From: Mycobacteriales bacterium | Lineage (GTDB): Bacteria > Actinomycetota > Actinomycetes > Mycobacteriales > QHCA01 | Assembly: GCA_038329965.1 (NCBI GenBank) | Contig: JBBQNN010000006.1 | Span: forward strand, 26,357-90,356 | Direction: 5' to 3' | DNA: 64,000 nucleotides | In this document: piece after piece, positions 17,605 to 27,965 of the stretch | How the letters are laid out: the number at the start of each line of letters is the position of its first letter | How positions within the stretch are numbered: the stretch's first letter is position 1 | The notes under the pieces: model-generated | Databases searched by the model: none | What the model was told of the DNA's origin: nothing | Seen by the model: only the letters and a program-made list of their open reading frames with translations | Translations under genes and position numbers: made by a program

Positions 17605-19383
17605 TTACCAGGGCCGTGGCTCCAGCGGGCCGACACCGTTCGGCGTCGTGACGCCTTCACCCTTGGTCAGGGCCGGCAGGTGCCACAGGTCGAACGGGAT
17701 GAGCAGGTCCCCGGGCTTGACGTTCTCCGGGAAGATGTACTCGAACACCGGCGCGGTGTAGATGCCGGCCACCAGGCCGTTGGCCACCGTGTTCGCCGTG
17801 TTGTTCATGCAGGTGTCGAGCGCCGTCAGGGTCGCACTTCCGGGGTTCCCCACGGGCGCTGACGGTGCGCACTTCGACCGGACGGCCACCCGCATGTTGC
17901 GGGTCGGTTGGCTGAGCACCAGGGGCGACGCCTTGGCCATCCGGATCCGGGCGCGCTGCGGCTGCGGCCCGGTGAACTGCGTGGTGATGCCTCCGCCGAT
18001 CGGAGTCACACCGTCGGCCTGCATCGGCCCGTTCTGCTCACCCGTCATCGCGAAGGGCGTCACCCACCGGTTCCGAAGGGTGCCGGTCAGCGGGTCGACG
18101 TCCTGCATGTAGATGTCCACCGGGTTGTTGATGTCGGTGGTCTCCGTCTCCAGGAACATCCGGTCCGCAGTCTCCACCGCGAGCCCGTTGATCGAGGTCG
18201 CAGCCGGGTCGGCCGTGCCGACGCCGAACTCGCCTATCGCCAGGTAGCTCGGCTGACCAGTGGATCCGTTGGCGGCGTTGGCCGGCTGGGTGTAGATGCC
18301 GATGTTGGCCTCGACGGTGTGCGCCGAAATGTAGTCGCCACTGTCGGCCTTGATGAGCGTGCCGGAGAACGAGATCGTGTCGCCGACCTCGAACGGTGCC
18401 TGCTGGCGCGAGTCAGGGTCGGTCACCGCCCGCCGCTGCGGGCTGTTCATGACGAACTGGCTGCAGTTGGCCTGTCCGATCGCCGGCCGGGTCAGCTCAC
18501 CGCTGGCCGGGAGCACGATGCCGGCAACACTGAAGTTGCGGCACCCACCCACGACTGGCGCAACGGCAACGCCGTTCACGGTCCTCGCGACGAGGTTCGG
18601 GCGGTTCTGCTGGGGGCACAGGAGGTCGTCGGCCACGGCCGGGTCGGTGCGCGGGACGCACATCGGGTAACCGGTGCCGGAGTGAATGGTCGGGTTGACG
18701 TCGTCCACGGAGAACCGCGGGTCAGGGCTCTGCGCCCGGCCGAACCGGCCGTTGGGATCGTTGATCTGCACGGTGGCAGGGTGCGTGGGGTCGCCGGTGT
18801 CCACCTTGAGGTTCCCGGTGGTGTAGTCGATGGCGGTGATCATGCCCGTGCTGGTGTTCGCGGACAGCTGCGAGGTGTACGCCAACCCGGCGATGCGCCG
18901 GTTGCCGACGATGTTGCCGACCACCCGGATCTCCAGGCCCTTGTTCGGCAGCGCGGTTGCCGGTCCACCCTTGGACGGATCGCCGTTGATGAAGTCGGCC
19001 CACGTGAAGGTGTTGGCCGGCATCTGGATGATGAGGTTGCACGGGATGACTACGGGCCCGTGGTTGAGCCTGACCGTACCGCCGAAGCGGTGCGCATCGG
19101 TCGTGTTCGGACAGCTGGCGTTGGTGGTGTCCACCGTCGCGTCCTGCAGGTATCCCGTGTCGTCGAACCCGTGGATCAGCGCGGGGTCCACGCTGGTCAC
19201 GGGGTCGCCCAGATTCGGCGTGGAGAACGGCGGAATTGCGCCCTTCACAGGCTTGGCCGTGCCTCCCCCGCCTTGCGCGAACGCGTTGGATGCCGTGAAC
19301 GGGAGCACCAGCAGGCCTGCCACCGCTACCGGCAGCATCGCCATCGCCGCTCGCCGTCCCTTCGTCTTCGTGACCCTTGTCAT
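17605..19383 (-). CDS. secreted protein of unknown function (592 aa)
   Basis: Start at ATG 19381-19383 (GGGGAGAG upstream). MTRVTKTKGRRAAMAMLPVAVAGLLVLPFTASNAFA signal peptide. No family recognised. Confidence 0.75.
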   Translation of the reverse strand: MTRVTKTKGRRAAMAMLPVAVAGLLVLPFTASNAFAQGGGGTAKPVKGAIPPFSTPNLGDPVTSVDPALIHGFDDTGYLQDATVDTTNASCPNTTDAHRFGGTVRLNHGPVVIPCNLIIQMPANTFTWADFINGDPSKGGPATALPNKGLEIRVVGNIVGNRRIAGLAYTSQLSANTSTGMITAIDYTTGNLKVDTGDPTHPATVQINDPNGRFGRAQSPDPRFSVDDVNPTIHSGTGYPMCVPRTDPAVADDLLCPQQNRPNLVARTVNGVAVAPVVGGCRNFSVAGIVLPASGELTRPAIGQANCSQFVMNSPQRRAVTDPDSRQQAPFEVGDTISFSGTLIKADSGDYISAHTVEANIGIYTQPANAANGSTGQPSYLAIGEFGVGTADPAATSINGLAVETADRMFLETETTDINNPVDIYMQDVDPLTGTLRNRWVTPFAMTGEQNGPMQADGVTPIGGGITTQFTGPQPQRARIRMAKASPLVLSQPTRNMRVAVRSKCAPSAPVGNPGSATLTALDTCMNNTANTVANGLVAGIYTAPVFEYIFPENVKPGDLLIPFDLWHLPALTKGEGVTTPNGVGPLEPRPW

Positions 19384-19594
19384 GAGCTCTCCCCTTGTTG
19401 GCCGCAGCCGAGTTGACGAGCGGTGCGCACACAATGGGTCCCGCACCTTGGGGATTTCTTTCAACGCCCTACTGGCGCGACCGGGGTGGGTAGTACGACC
19501 TTCGACGTATTGACCCGGCCGGTCCACCAGCTCACAGTCGACCTTCACGCGGCACCCGACCGCAGGTGCCGGAGAGCCGAGGAGTCTCACGAGA

Positions 19595-19960
19595 ATGAGG
19601 GTCAACCAGGCTGAGACGCCGCCGTGTCCCGCATGGTGCATCTACGGCGCGGCCCACGCCTTCGAGCCCAGCGATGATCCAACGGTCATGTGGCGCCAGC
19701 ACGACCACCCGGTCCGCTGGCTGCAGTGGTCCCACGTCGACGGTGGAATGCCGGCCGTCTCGGTATGGATGTCGCAGGCCGAACAGTCCGTCGCGGCCGA
19801 CGGCCCGATCCTCAGCCGACCCGTCGAGATCGTCATCGAAAGCAGCGAGCTAACCCGATTGACCGGCCCGCAGGCGCGCCAACTCGCCGCCGGCCTGATC
19901 GATGCAGCGAATCTCTGGGATGCGGCCGACCGGTCAGCCAACCTGCTGCGGGCGACCTGA
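19595..19960 (+). CDS. small hypothetical protein with CPAWC motif
   Basis: 121-aa ORF with plausible composition. 3' end overlaps the convergent DinB gene by 27 nt. Confidence 0.5.
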   Translation: MRVNQAETPPCPAWCIYGAAHAFEPSDDPTVMWRQHDHPVRWLQWSHVDGGMPAVSVWMSQAEQSVAADGPILSRPVEIVIESSELTRLTGPQARQLAAGLIDAANLWDAADRSANLLRAT

Positions 19961-20455
19961 GCCGTCGGCAGTCAGAATCTGTTCCCTGAGGATGTCGCCG
20001 TGTCCGGCGTGGCGGGCGAGCTCCTCGATCATGTGCACGTAGATCCATCGCAGGGAGAGCGGTCCGCGACGGTTGTGCACGGCCAGGTCGTCGAGTGAGT
20101 AGGCCGCGGCAATCTCGTCGGCGTCCGCCCAGGCTTGGCGGTAGCCCGCCAGAACCGACTCGACACTGTCGGTGTCGCTCAGGGCGAAGCTGTCCTCCGC
20201 CGCATCCGGCACGCCGACCTCTGCCCGAGTGCGCCCAGCGAGTGCGACGTCGAACCACACGCGCTCCACGAATGTCGCGTGCTTGACAAGTCCCAGCAGA
20301 GTCGTGAGCGACGGCACCAACCTCCGGGTGGCCTGCTCCTCGGTGAGCCCGTCCAGCAGGCCGACGATTTCAGCCCGGTTGTCGTGCAGAAACGACTCGA
20401 TCTGCTCGCGCTCGCCGCTGGTCAGGGCGGATTCAGTCCGGTACTCAAGGCCCAT
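19934..20455 (-). CDS. DinB/DUF664-family protein
   Basis: 173 aa. Four-helix-bundle pattern (LLGLVKHATFVERVWF ... IYVHMIEELARHAGHGDILRE). Confidence 0.8.
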   Translation of the reverse strand: MGLEYRTESALTSGEREQIESFLHDNRAEIVGLLDGLTEEQATRRLVPSLTTLLGLVKHATFVERVWFDVALAGRTRAEVGVPDAAEDSFALSDTDSVESVLAGYRQAWADADEIAAAYSLDDLAVHNRRGPLSLRWIYVHMIEELARHAGHGDILREQILTADGSGRPQQVG

Positions 20456-20497
20456 TCCCGGGAGACTACGTCGTGGCGCTTGACTCCGGTCGGGCGG

Positions 20498-21595
20498 CTA
20501 ATGCTCGGCCACGAGAGCACGTACCTCACGGGCGATCTGTAGATCCTCCCGGGAGGTGATGACCGCCGTACGCACAGCTGCACCGGAACGAGTGATATCG
20601 CCATCTTCTCGGACGGCCTCGTTGCGGTCGCTGTCGATTACAACGCCCAGGAATCTCAGCCGCTCGGCGGCTCGCATTCGGACCGCGGCTGAGTGCTCCC
20701 CCACGCCGCCGGTGAAGGCGAGCACATCCAGGCCGCCGGCTGCGGCGGCCATTGAGGCGATGCTGCCCACCAGGCGGTGGAGGTAGACGTCGAGGGCGAG
20801 CCGCGCCCTCGGCTCAGCGCGCCCCGCGGCGGCTTCGACCTCTCGCATGTCACCGGTGCCGGCGAGGGCGGTGAGTCCGGAGCGCTGCTCCAACGCGGTC
20901 GCGACTTCGTACGGTGAGAGGTGCGCATGCTGCTCGAGCCACAGGACGAGTCCGGGGTCGACACTGCCCGACCGGGTCGCCATGACCAGGCCGTCCAGCG
21001 GTGTGAAGCCCATCGTCGTGTCGACGCTACGGCCGCCGACGACAGCCGCGAGTGAAGCACCCGCCCCCAGATGACAGGTGACGGTCCGCAGTCCCTCCGT
21101 TGGCCGGTCGAGGAGCTCCGCGGCACGCCGGGAACAGTACGCATGTGACAAGCCGTGGAATCCGTAACGGCGGATCCCGTAGCGGTCGAGCCATTCGCGC
21201 GGCACCGCGTAGGTCGCCGCCGCGGCAGGGATGGTGGCGTGAAAGGCGGTGTCGAAGCAGGCGACCGCGGTGATGTCGGGCAGCTGCGCGGTCACCGAGT
21301 CCAGCGCGGCCAGGGACTTGGGCTGATGCAACGGGGCCAGGTCCGTCAGGCCCTGCAACTGCTGCCGTACCGCATCGTCGATCCGCACCGCACCGGTGAA
21401 AAGCCTCCCACCATGGACGATCCGGTGGCCGATCACCTCGGGCCGGTCCCACCCGGTCAGGGCTTCGGCGAGGGCCGAGGTATCGATGCCGTCCGGGCCG
21501 GCGGGTAGATCGGCGCTGCGCTCAAGGGTGTCCTGGCCGCCGAGCAGGCGCAGCTTGAGACTCGAGGAGCCGGCGTTGACGACCAGTACGCGCAC
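20498..21595 (-). CDS. ackA: acetate kinase
   Basis: GTG start at VRVLVVNAGSSSLKL. Also HRIVHGG, FDTAFH, RRYGFHGLSH and AFTGGVGE. 4 nt after the xfp stop. Confidence 0.9.
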   Translation of the reverse strand: MRVLVVNAGSSSLKLRLLGGQDTLERSADLPAGPDGIDTSALAEALTGWDRPEVIGHRIVHGGRLFTGAVRIDDAVRQQLQGLTDLAPLHQPKSLAALDSVTAQLPDITAVACFDTAFHATIPAAAATYAVPREWLDRYGIRRYGFHGLSHAYCSRRAAELLDRPTEGLRTVTCHLGAGASLAAVVGGRSVDTTMGFTPLDGLVMATRSGSVDPGLVLWLEQHAHLSPYEVATALEQRSGLTALAGTGDMREVEAAAGRAEPRARLALDVYLHRLVGSIASMAAAAGGLDVLAFTGGVGEHSAAVRMRAAERLRFLGVVIDSDRNEAVREDGDITRSGAAVRTAVITSREDLQIAREVRALVAEH

Positions 21596-21599
21596 CAGG

Positions 21600-23978
21600 T
21601 CAGTCCCCGACCGGCCAGGTCCACCCGGTGATCGCTGGGTCGTCCTCGCCGTGCTCGCGGGTGTAGGCCCGCGCGGCAAGGCGCGCGTCGGACATCTGCT
21701 GCCGCAGGATCGCCGCGCGGCTGCCGAGAGACGACACGCGGTCGATGACATCCATTACGAGATGGAAACGGTCAAGATCATTGAGCATGACCATGTCGAA
21801 CGGCGTGGTGGTGGTGCCCTCCTCCTTGTATCCGCGCACGTGCATGTTCCGGTGATTGTTGCGCCGGTAGGTCAGCCGGTGGATCAAGGACGGATAGCCG
21901 TGGTAGGCGAAGATCACCGGCTTGTCAGCGGTGAACAGCGCATCGAAGGCGCGCTCGGACATCCCGTGCGGGTGCTCGGTGTCCGGCTGAAGCCGCATGA
22001 GGTCGACAACGTTGATGACCCGGACCTTCAGAGCAGGCAGGTGCCGGCGCAGCAGGGCAGCGGCTGCGAGGGTCTCCAGCGTGGGAGTTTCTCCCGCACA
22101 GGCGAGCACGACGTCGGGCTCGCCGTCGGTGTTGCCGGCCCAGGGCCAGATGCCCAGCCCTCGGGTGCAGTGTGCGATCGCCTCGGCCATGTTCAGGTAC
22201 GTCAGCGCGGGCTGCTTGCCGGCCACGATGACGTTGACGTAGTTGCGGCTGCGTAGGCAGTGGTCGGCCACCGACAGCAGCGTATTGGCGTCGGGCGGTA
22301 GGTACACGCGCACGATCTCGGCCTTCTTGTTGACCACGTGATCGATGAATCCGGGGTCCTGGTGGGAGAAGCCGTTGTGGTCCTGTCGCCAGACGTGCGA
22401 CGAGAGCAGGTAGTTCAGTGACGCTATGGGGGCGCGCCAGGGAATCTCTCGTGTCGACTTGAGCCATTTCGCATGCTGGTTGAACATCGAGTCGATGATG
22501 TGGATGAACGCCTCGTAGCAGTTGAACAGGCCATGCCGACCGGTGAGCAGATAGCCCTCCAGCCAGCCCTGACAGAGGTGTTCGGACAACACCTCCATCA
22601 CCCGGCCGTCCGGGGAGAGGTGATCGTCGCCGGGCAGCGTGGCGGCGCTCCAGGTGCGGTTGGTCACCTCGAACACCGAGGTGAGCCGGTTGGAAACCGT
22701 CTCGTCCGGGCCCATGAGGCGAAATCGGTCCGGGTTTTCGACGATGATGTCGCGCAGGAACCCGCTCAGCACCCGCGTGGCTTCGCTCGACTCGACAGCC
22801 GGGCGCTCGACGGGAACCGCATAGGCACGGAAATCCGGCATGGCGAGATCACGCAGCAGGCGCCCGCCGTTCGCGTGCGGATTGGCGCTCATCCGCCGGG
22901 TCCCATGAGGCGCCAGCGCCTGCAGCTCGACGACCAACTTGCCGGCACTGTCGAACAACTCGTCCGGTCGATAGCTACGCATCCACTCCTCGAGCAGCCT
23001 GCGGTGCTCGGCATTCGTCCGAGTATCGGCCACCGGAACCTGGTGGGAGCGGAAGGTGCCTTCGACGGGGAGGCCGTCCACCTCCTTCGGCCCGGTCCAG
23101 CCCTTGGGCGTGCGGAGCACGATCATCGGCCAGGCCGGTCGGCGTGGCGTGCCGCCCGACCGGGCCGACGCCTGGATGCGGCTGATGTCGTCGAGCACCT
23201 CGTCGAGCGTGGCCGCGAGCTGCTGGTGGACGGTGGCCGGATCGTCACCGGCGACGAAGCACGGGCGGTATCCGTACCCCGTCATCAGCGCGGCGAGCTC
23301 GTCATCATCGATCCGGTCGAGAATGGTGGGATTGGCAATCTTGTAGCCGTTGAGGTGCAGCACCGGCAGCACGGCACCGTCGGTGGCCGGGTTCAGGAAC
23401 TTGTTGGAGTGCCAACTGGCCGCCAGCGGCCCGGTCTCGGCTTCGCCGTCACCCACGACGCACAGCACCAGCAGATCCGGGTTGTCGAACGCCGCGCCGT
23501 AGGCATGCACCAGCGCATAGCCCAACTCGCCGCCCTCGTGGATCGACCCGGGCGTCTCGGGTGCCACATGGCTGGGGATACCCCCCGGGAAGGAGAACTG
23601 CCGGAACAGCGCCCGCAGGCCGTCCTCGTCCTGGCCGATCGATGAGTAGACCTCGCTGTAGGTGCCTTCGAGGTAGGCGTTCGCGACCAGCCCGGGACCA
23701 CCGTGACCAGGGCCGGTCACGTACAGGACGTTGAGGTCACGCTGATTGATAGCCCGATTCATATGCGCGTACAGCAGGTTCAGCCCGGGAGTCGTTCCCC
23801 AATGCCCGAGGAGCCGCGGCTTGACGTGTTCTGCCCGTAACGGCTCTCGCAGCAACGGATTGTCCAACAGGTAGATCTGCCCGACGGACAGGTAGTTCGC
23901 GGCCCGCCAGTAGGCATCGATCAGGTCCAGGTCCAGCGGATCGTAGGTCCGGGTCGGTGTCGAGTCAGTACGTGTCAC
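21600..23978 (-). CDS. xfp: xylulose-5-P/fructose-6-P phosphoketolase
   Basis: 792 aa. [27 protein letters not shown] and EGGELGY signatures. Confidence 0.95.
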   Translation of the reverse strand: MTRTDSTPTRTYDPLDLDLIDAYWRAANYLSVGQIYLLDNPLLREPLRAEHVKPRLLGHWGTTPGLNLLYAHMNRAINQRDLNVLYVTGPGHGGPGLVANAYLEGTYSEVYSSIGQDEDGLRALFRQFSFPGGIPSHVAPETPGSIHEGGELGYALVHAYGAAFDNPDLLVLCVVGDGEAETGPLAASWHSNKFLNPATDGAVLPVLHLNGYKIANPTILDRIDDDELAALMTGYGYRPCFVAGDDPATVHQQLAATLDEVLDDISRIQASARSGGTPRRPAWPMIVLRTPKGWTGPKEVDGLPVEGTFRSHQVPVADTRTNAEHRRLLEEWMRSYRPDELFDSAGKLVVELQALAPHGTRRMSANPHANGGRLLRDLAMPDFRAYAVPVERPAVESSEATRVLSGFLRDIIVENPDRFRLMGPDETVSNRLTSVFEVTNRTWSAATLPGDDHLSPDGRVMEVLSEHLCQGWLEGYLLTGRHGLFNCYEAFIHIIDSMFNQHAKWLKSTREIPWRAPIASLNYLLSSHVWRQDHNGFSHQDPGFIDHVVNKKAEIVRVYLPPDANTLLSVADHCLRSRNYVNVIVAGKQPALTYLNMAEAIAHCTRGLGIWPWAGNTDGEPDVVLACAGETPTLETLAAAALLRRHLPALKVRVINVVDLMRLQPDTEHPHGMSERAFDALFTADKPVIFAYHGYPSLIHRLTYRRNNHRNMHVRGYKEEGTTTTPFDMVMLNDLDRFHLVMDVIDRVSSLGSRAAILRQQMSDARLAARAYTREHGEDDPAITGWTWPVGD

Positions 23979-24120
23979 AAGGCGATCCTTGGGCGTATGA
24001 GGAGGGGCGACCGATGGACCACGTCATTATCGTTGAAGGTCGGGGACGACACCGGACCCCTGGTGACGGCCGTTCGCGTGGTGGGGGCATCCTGGGGGAT
24101 ATTGGCCTATCCTGAGCGAT

Positions 24121-25356
24121 ATGACCGTTGACGGCGGAGCAACACCGCCACCCCCCTCGCCATTCACCGAGACCACCGGACACGCCCGGCATGCGGCCGT
24201 AGCCGAACTGACGGCGACCGGTCCGGTGCAGCACGTCACCCTCTTCAACAATGTGCCGGCCTGGGTGATCACCGGGTATGCCGAGGCCCGTGAACTGTTG
24301 GCGCACCCTGACGTCGTCAAGACAGCGGGTAGCCCGGCGCGGCCTGCGCCGTACGGCTCCGCCATTCCCGACGACATTGCTGCCGCGATGGAGCAGCACA
24401 TGCTGAGCATGAACCCGCCGGATCACACTCGGCTGCGGCGGCTGGTGTCAGCGGCGTTCACCCGCCGGCGGATCGACGGGTTGGAACCCCGGATCCGAGA
24501 GATCACCGAGGCGCTGCTCGACGACCTCGCCGTCGCCGGCGTTGACGGGCAGCCGGTCGACCTCGTCGCGGGGTTCAGCTATCCGCTGCCCATCACCGTG
24601 ATCACCGAACTGCTGGGCGTGCCGGCGCGGCAGCGCGATGACTTCCGGGCCTGGTCGGCGGTCTTGGTGAACGTGTCGGCGTACCCGACCGAGATCTACG
24701 CCGGCGCGGCGAGGGAGATGGTCAGCTACGTCCGCGAGCTGATCGCCGACAAGCGCGCCACTCCCGCCGATGACCTGTTGTCGGATCTGATCGGGGTACG
24801 TGACGGCGGTGACCGGCTGTCGGAGGACGAGCTGAGCTCGATGGTCGTCTTGCTGCTCGTCGCCGGTCATGAGACAACCGTGAACTTGATCTCCCTCGGC
24901 ATGCACGCCCTGCTCACCCACCCCGACCAGCTGCGGCTGCTGCGCGCCGAGCCCGAACGGCTCCCGGCGGCCGTCGAGGAACTGCTTCGCTACGACGGGC
25001 CGCTGCAGGCGACCATCGCCGTGGTGACCAAGGAGCCCGTGCGGGTCGGCGGTGTCACGATCCCGGCGGGTGAGGTGGTGCTGCCCATCCTGCTCGCCGC
25101 CAATCGCGATCCGGACCGGTTCGACGAGCCGGACCGGCTCGACGTCACCCGCACGGCCGCATCGCACCTGGCGTTCGGTCACGGCATCCACCACTGCCTG
25201 GGTGCGCCGCTGGCCCGCTTGGAGGGCCGGATCGCGATCGGCTCGCTGATCGGCCGGTTCCCCCACCTGCGCCTGGCCGACCCGGCCAGCGAACCGGCCC
25301 GCAGTCCCGGGATGTTGATGAATGCGCTGACCGAGCTGCCCGTCGTCCTGGGCTGA
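24121..25356 (+). CDS. cytochrome P450
   Basis: I-helix LLVAGHETT, ELLRY (ExxR), heme loop FGHGIHHCLGAPLA. Confidence 0.9.
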   Translation: MTVDGGATPPPPSPFTETTGHARHAAVAELTATGPVQHVTLFNNVPAWVITGYAEARELLAHPDVVKTAGSPARPAPYGSAIPDDIAAAMEQHMLSMNPPDHTRLRRLVSAAFTRRRIDGLEPRIREITEALLDDLAVAGVDGQPVDLVAGFSYPLPITVITELLGVPARQRDDFRAWSAVLVNVSAYPTEIYAGAAREMVSYVRELIADKRATPADDLLSDLIGVRDGGDRLSEDELSSMVVLLLVAGHETTVNLISLGMHALLTHPDQLRLLRAEPERLPAAVEELLRYDGPLQATIAVVTKEPVRVGGVTIPAGEVVLPILLAANRDPDRFDEPDRLDVTRTAASHLAFGHGIHHCLGAPLARLEGRIAIGSLIGRFPHLRLADPASEPARSPGMLMNALTELPVVLG

Positions 25357-25374
25357 GCCCGGAGGACTGACGAG

Positions 25375-27831
25375 CTAGCGCACTATCGAAAGTTGCCTCG
25401 GGCTCGGCCGTCGGAGACGGTAGACCCCGGCGTCCTCGTTGTGGAACACCTCGGTCGCGAGCACCTTCAATTGAGGAGGGACCGGGAACGGCGGGCCGCC
25501 ACGGAAACTGGGGCGAGCATCGACAAGGAGGTAACGGACGCCATAGCGGAGGTACAGCGCGTCAAGGACGGCCGGTGTCGGGTTGGTGAAGGCCCGGTCG
25601 TTCAAGGCGGTCCGCTGCGGGAACGGTGAGGGAAGGCTCGGGTAGTACGCCTTGGCCCTGAGTGCGACGGCCAGCAACTCGTCGGTGTAGGACCAGCTCT
25701 CGATCAGGTATCGGCGCTCGCTGAATCCGGAGTAGTAGAACACCCGGTGGTCATCACAGCGCAAACGCTTGGTCCTCCTGTTGATCGATACCGCCAAGCA
25801 GTGGTTGTTCACCGCGACCACGTCGTCGGACCGAGTGTTCCCACGGATCCATTCCAGCGCGGCCATCAGCTCCGGCGTGACGTCGGGTCGTTTCCGATGG
25901 ATGTCTTCGGGAAGCACCTGCCTGCCATCGGTCAGTTGGGCCCTGACCGGTTGCCACAGCTTCAGCGGCACCCCGGCGAGGCACCCGCCGAGCACCATCG
26001 CCACGGTGAACGCCGCCGCCGCCGTCGGTCGCAGCCGCAGAGCGAGCGCCGCGAGCACCGTCGCCACGAGAGCCACCACGGCGAAGATCGCGTAGCGCTC
26101 GACAAATCGTCCCGGAGTGTCACCTCTCATGGTGTTCAGGCCCAATCCGAAGACCAGCACGGCGGCCGCCGCGGTGAGCGCCCCTACCGTCCACCGTGCT
26201 GCCCGGCGGGCCGTGATCCGATCGAGGAGCAGAGCCGTACCCCATCCGCCCAAGATCGCGCCCGCCGGCAATGCCATGACCAGGAACCAGTGCTCGCTGT
26301 GCGCCGGATCCACGACCAGCGACGACGCCGATATCCCGCCGATCATGATCCCGAGCAGAAACACCTGGGACACCCGGTTGCGAGGCACCCGAGCAAGTGC
26401 GAGTGCACCCAGGAACGGGGCGAGGAGTATCGCGAAAGCGAACGGTAGGCCGAGAACCTGCTCCAGCAGGGTGGGCCTGATGCCCGTGTAGTGAGGGTCG
26501 AGGAGCCTCCCGACCGCCGACATCGCCACGGTCTGCCACTGCAACAGGTGGTAGTCGAGCCGGACCCGGGCCGGTGACGAGCCACCGTACAAGGTCAGTT
26601 GGGCCAGCCCGAACGCGATCGCCGCGAGCGTTGCGCCGATCACCGGACCCACCCACAGTGGCCTGCGCCGGTGCAGGGCATAGGCGGCCGCGAGCCCGAA
26701 GCCGGCGGCCAACAGCGGCACGACCGGTAACTTCGCTCCCGCTGCCCCCACAAGCAGGATTGCCACTGCCAGCCATCGAATCCACCAGGCATTCGTCCGC
26801 ACGCCGTCCCGGAACTGGTCACAGGACACGAGTAGCAACGCGCAGAAGAAGAGCAGCCCGTACAAGTAGGTGGGGCTGTAGAACGCGTAGGCGCTGAAAC
26901 CGCCATAGGCGACCTGGGTCCGGACAGTGGAGATGCTCAGCTCGGCGGCCACGGTCCCGGTGAGCGCCGCGACCGGTCCCGCCCAGGGACGGCCCGACAA
27001 CCGGCTGGCCGTGAGCGCGAGCAGAACGGGAACCAACAGCAGCAGAGGTACGAGATACAGCCGGAACACCAGCCATGGCAGCTCGATACCGGTGATGGAT
27101 GCGGCCGAGGCAAGGTGACCGTAGAAGAACCAGTGGTACCTCTGCGTGACCCCGGACACGGAGGGGTCAGAGGGCGGGAAGTGGTGCATCGCGTCCGCCG
27201 CCCAGCCCAGCTGATTGCCCAGGTCGACACTCCAGGTGGCGGGGCCGGTCACCGGCCACGGTGACGCGGACCAATACCAGACGACCACGGCGGCGAGGGT
27301 GAACAGGCAACAGCCCGCGACGGCCCACGACCAGGTCGCGGGCAATGAGCAGGGCGCCTCCTCATCGGGCCCGACGGGCGCCGGTGCGGGCAGTGCCCGC
27401 CTACGCACGGACCGCCGCCGGAGCCATGGCACGGTAAGGGCGGCGACCACCGGCGGGTAGGCCCAGAGCAGGCCACGCGAGCCGGACCAGGCCGTCAGCA
27501 TCCAGGCCAGGACTTCCAGGGCGTAGCCCAAGGCCGCACCGACCGCGAACACGTACAGCGGGCCTCGCCGAGGGAGCAGGACCGCCGCGCAGAGGACGCC
27601 GGGGCCGGCGATAAAACCCGCCCAGTACAACTCGAAGCGGAACACGACACTCGCGGGCACGCCCGCGGCCAGCAGTCCCGCAGTGGCGATGCCGACGACT
27701 GCGATGGCCGGGGCTCCGACGGTCAGCGCGCGGCGCCCGCGGGCCAGCAGTCGCGTGGCCGGCGTGACTCGCGGCGGGAGATCGTGCGGCCGCCGTTGCC
27801 TGGCACGCACGTCGCGGACTTCGACCGTCAT
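25375..27831 (-). CDS. large polytopic membrane protein with C-terminal soluble domain (GT-C-like glycosyltransferase? tentative)
   Basis: Start at ATG 27829-27831 (MTVEVRD...). More than 12 hydrophobic segments, then a ~200-aa C-terminal domain. The 5' part of the 965-aa ORF is junk. Confidence 0.7.
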   Translation of the reverse strand: MTVEVRDVRARQRRPHDLPPRVTPATRLLARGRRALTVGAPAIAVVGIATAGLLAAGVPASVVFRFELYWAGFIAGPGVLCAAVLLPRRGPLYVFAVGAALGYALEVLAWMLTAWSGSRGLLWAYPPVVAALTVPWLRRRSVRRRALPAPAPVGPDEEAPCSLPATWSWAVAGCCLFTLAAVVVWYWSASPWPVTGPATWSVDLGNQLGWAADAMHHFPPSDPSVSGVTQRYHWFFYGHLASAASITGIELPWLVFRLYLVPLLLLVPVLLALTASRLSGRPWAGPVAALTGTVAAELSISTVRTQVAYGGFSAYAFYSPTYLYGLLFFCALLLVSCDQFRDGVRTNAWWIRWLAVAILLVGAAGAKLPVVPLLAAGFGLAAAYALHRRRPLWVGPVIGATLAAIAFGLAQLTLYGGSSPARVRLDYHLLQWQTVAMSAVGRLLDPHYTGIRPTLLEQVLGLPFAFAILLAPFLGALALARVPRNRVSQVFLLGIMIGGISASSLVVDPAHSEHWFLVMALPAGAILGGWGTALLLDRITARRAARWTVGALTAAAAVLVFGLGLNTMRGDTPGRFVERYAIFAVVALVATVLAALALRLRPTAAAAFTVAMVLGGCLAGVPLKLWQPVRAQLTDGRQVLPEDIHRKRPDVTPELMAALEWIRGNTRSDDVVAVNNHCLAVSINRRTKRLRCDDHRVFYYSGFSERRYLIESWSYTDELLAVALRAKAYYPSLPSPFPQRTALNDRAFTNPTPAVLDALYLRYGVRYLLVDARPSFRGGPPFPVPPQLKVLATEVFHNEDAGVYRLRRPSPRQLSIVR

Positions 27832-27965
27832 ATGACAGAAGGTAGTATCTGCCCCGTTCCCTCCCGGATCGCCTCCGGTTTCAATGCCGTAACAGTCGAG
27901 GGTCAACCTCGTACAGGCGTGCAGACAGGAACCCCCTAGACGTCGGTGATCGGCCCGGGACAGAT

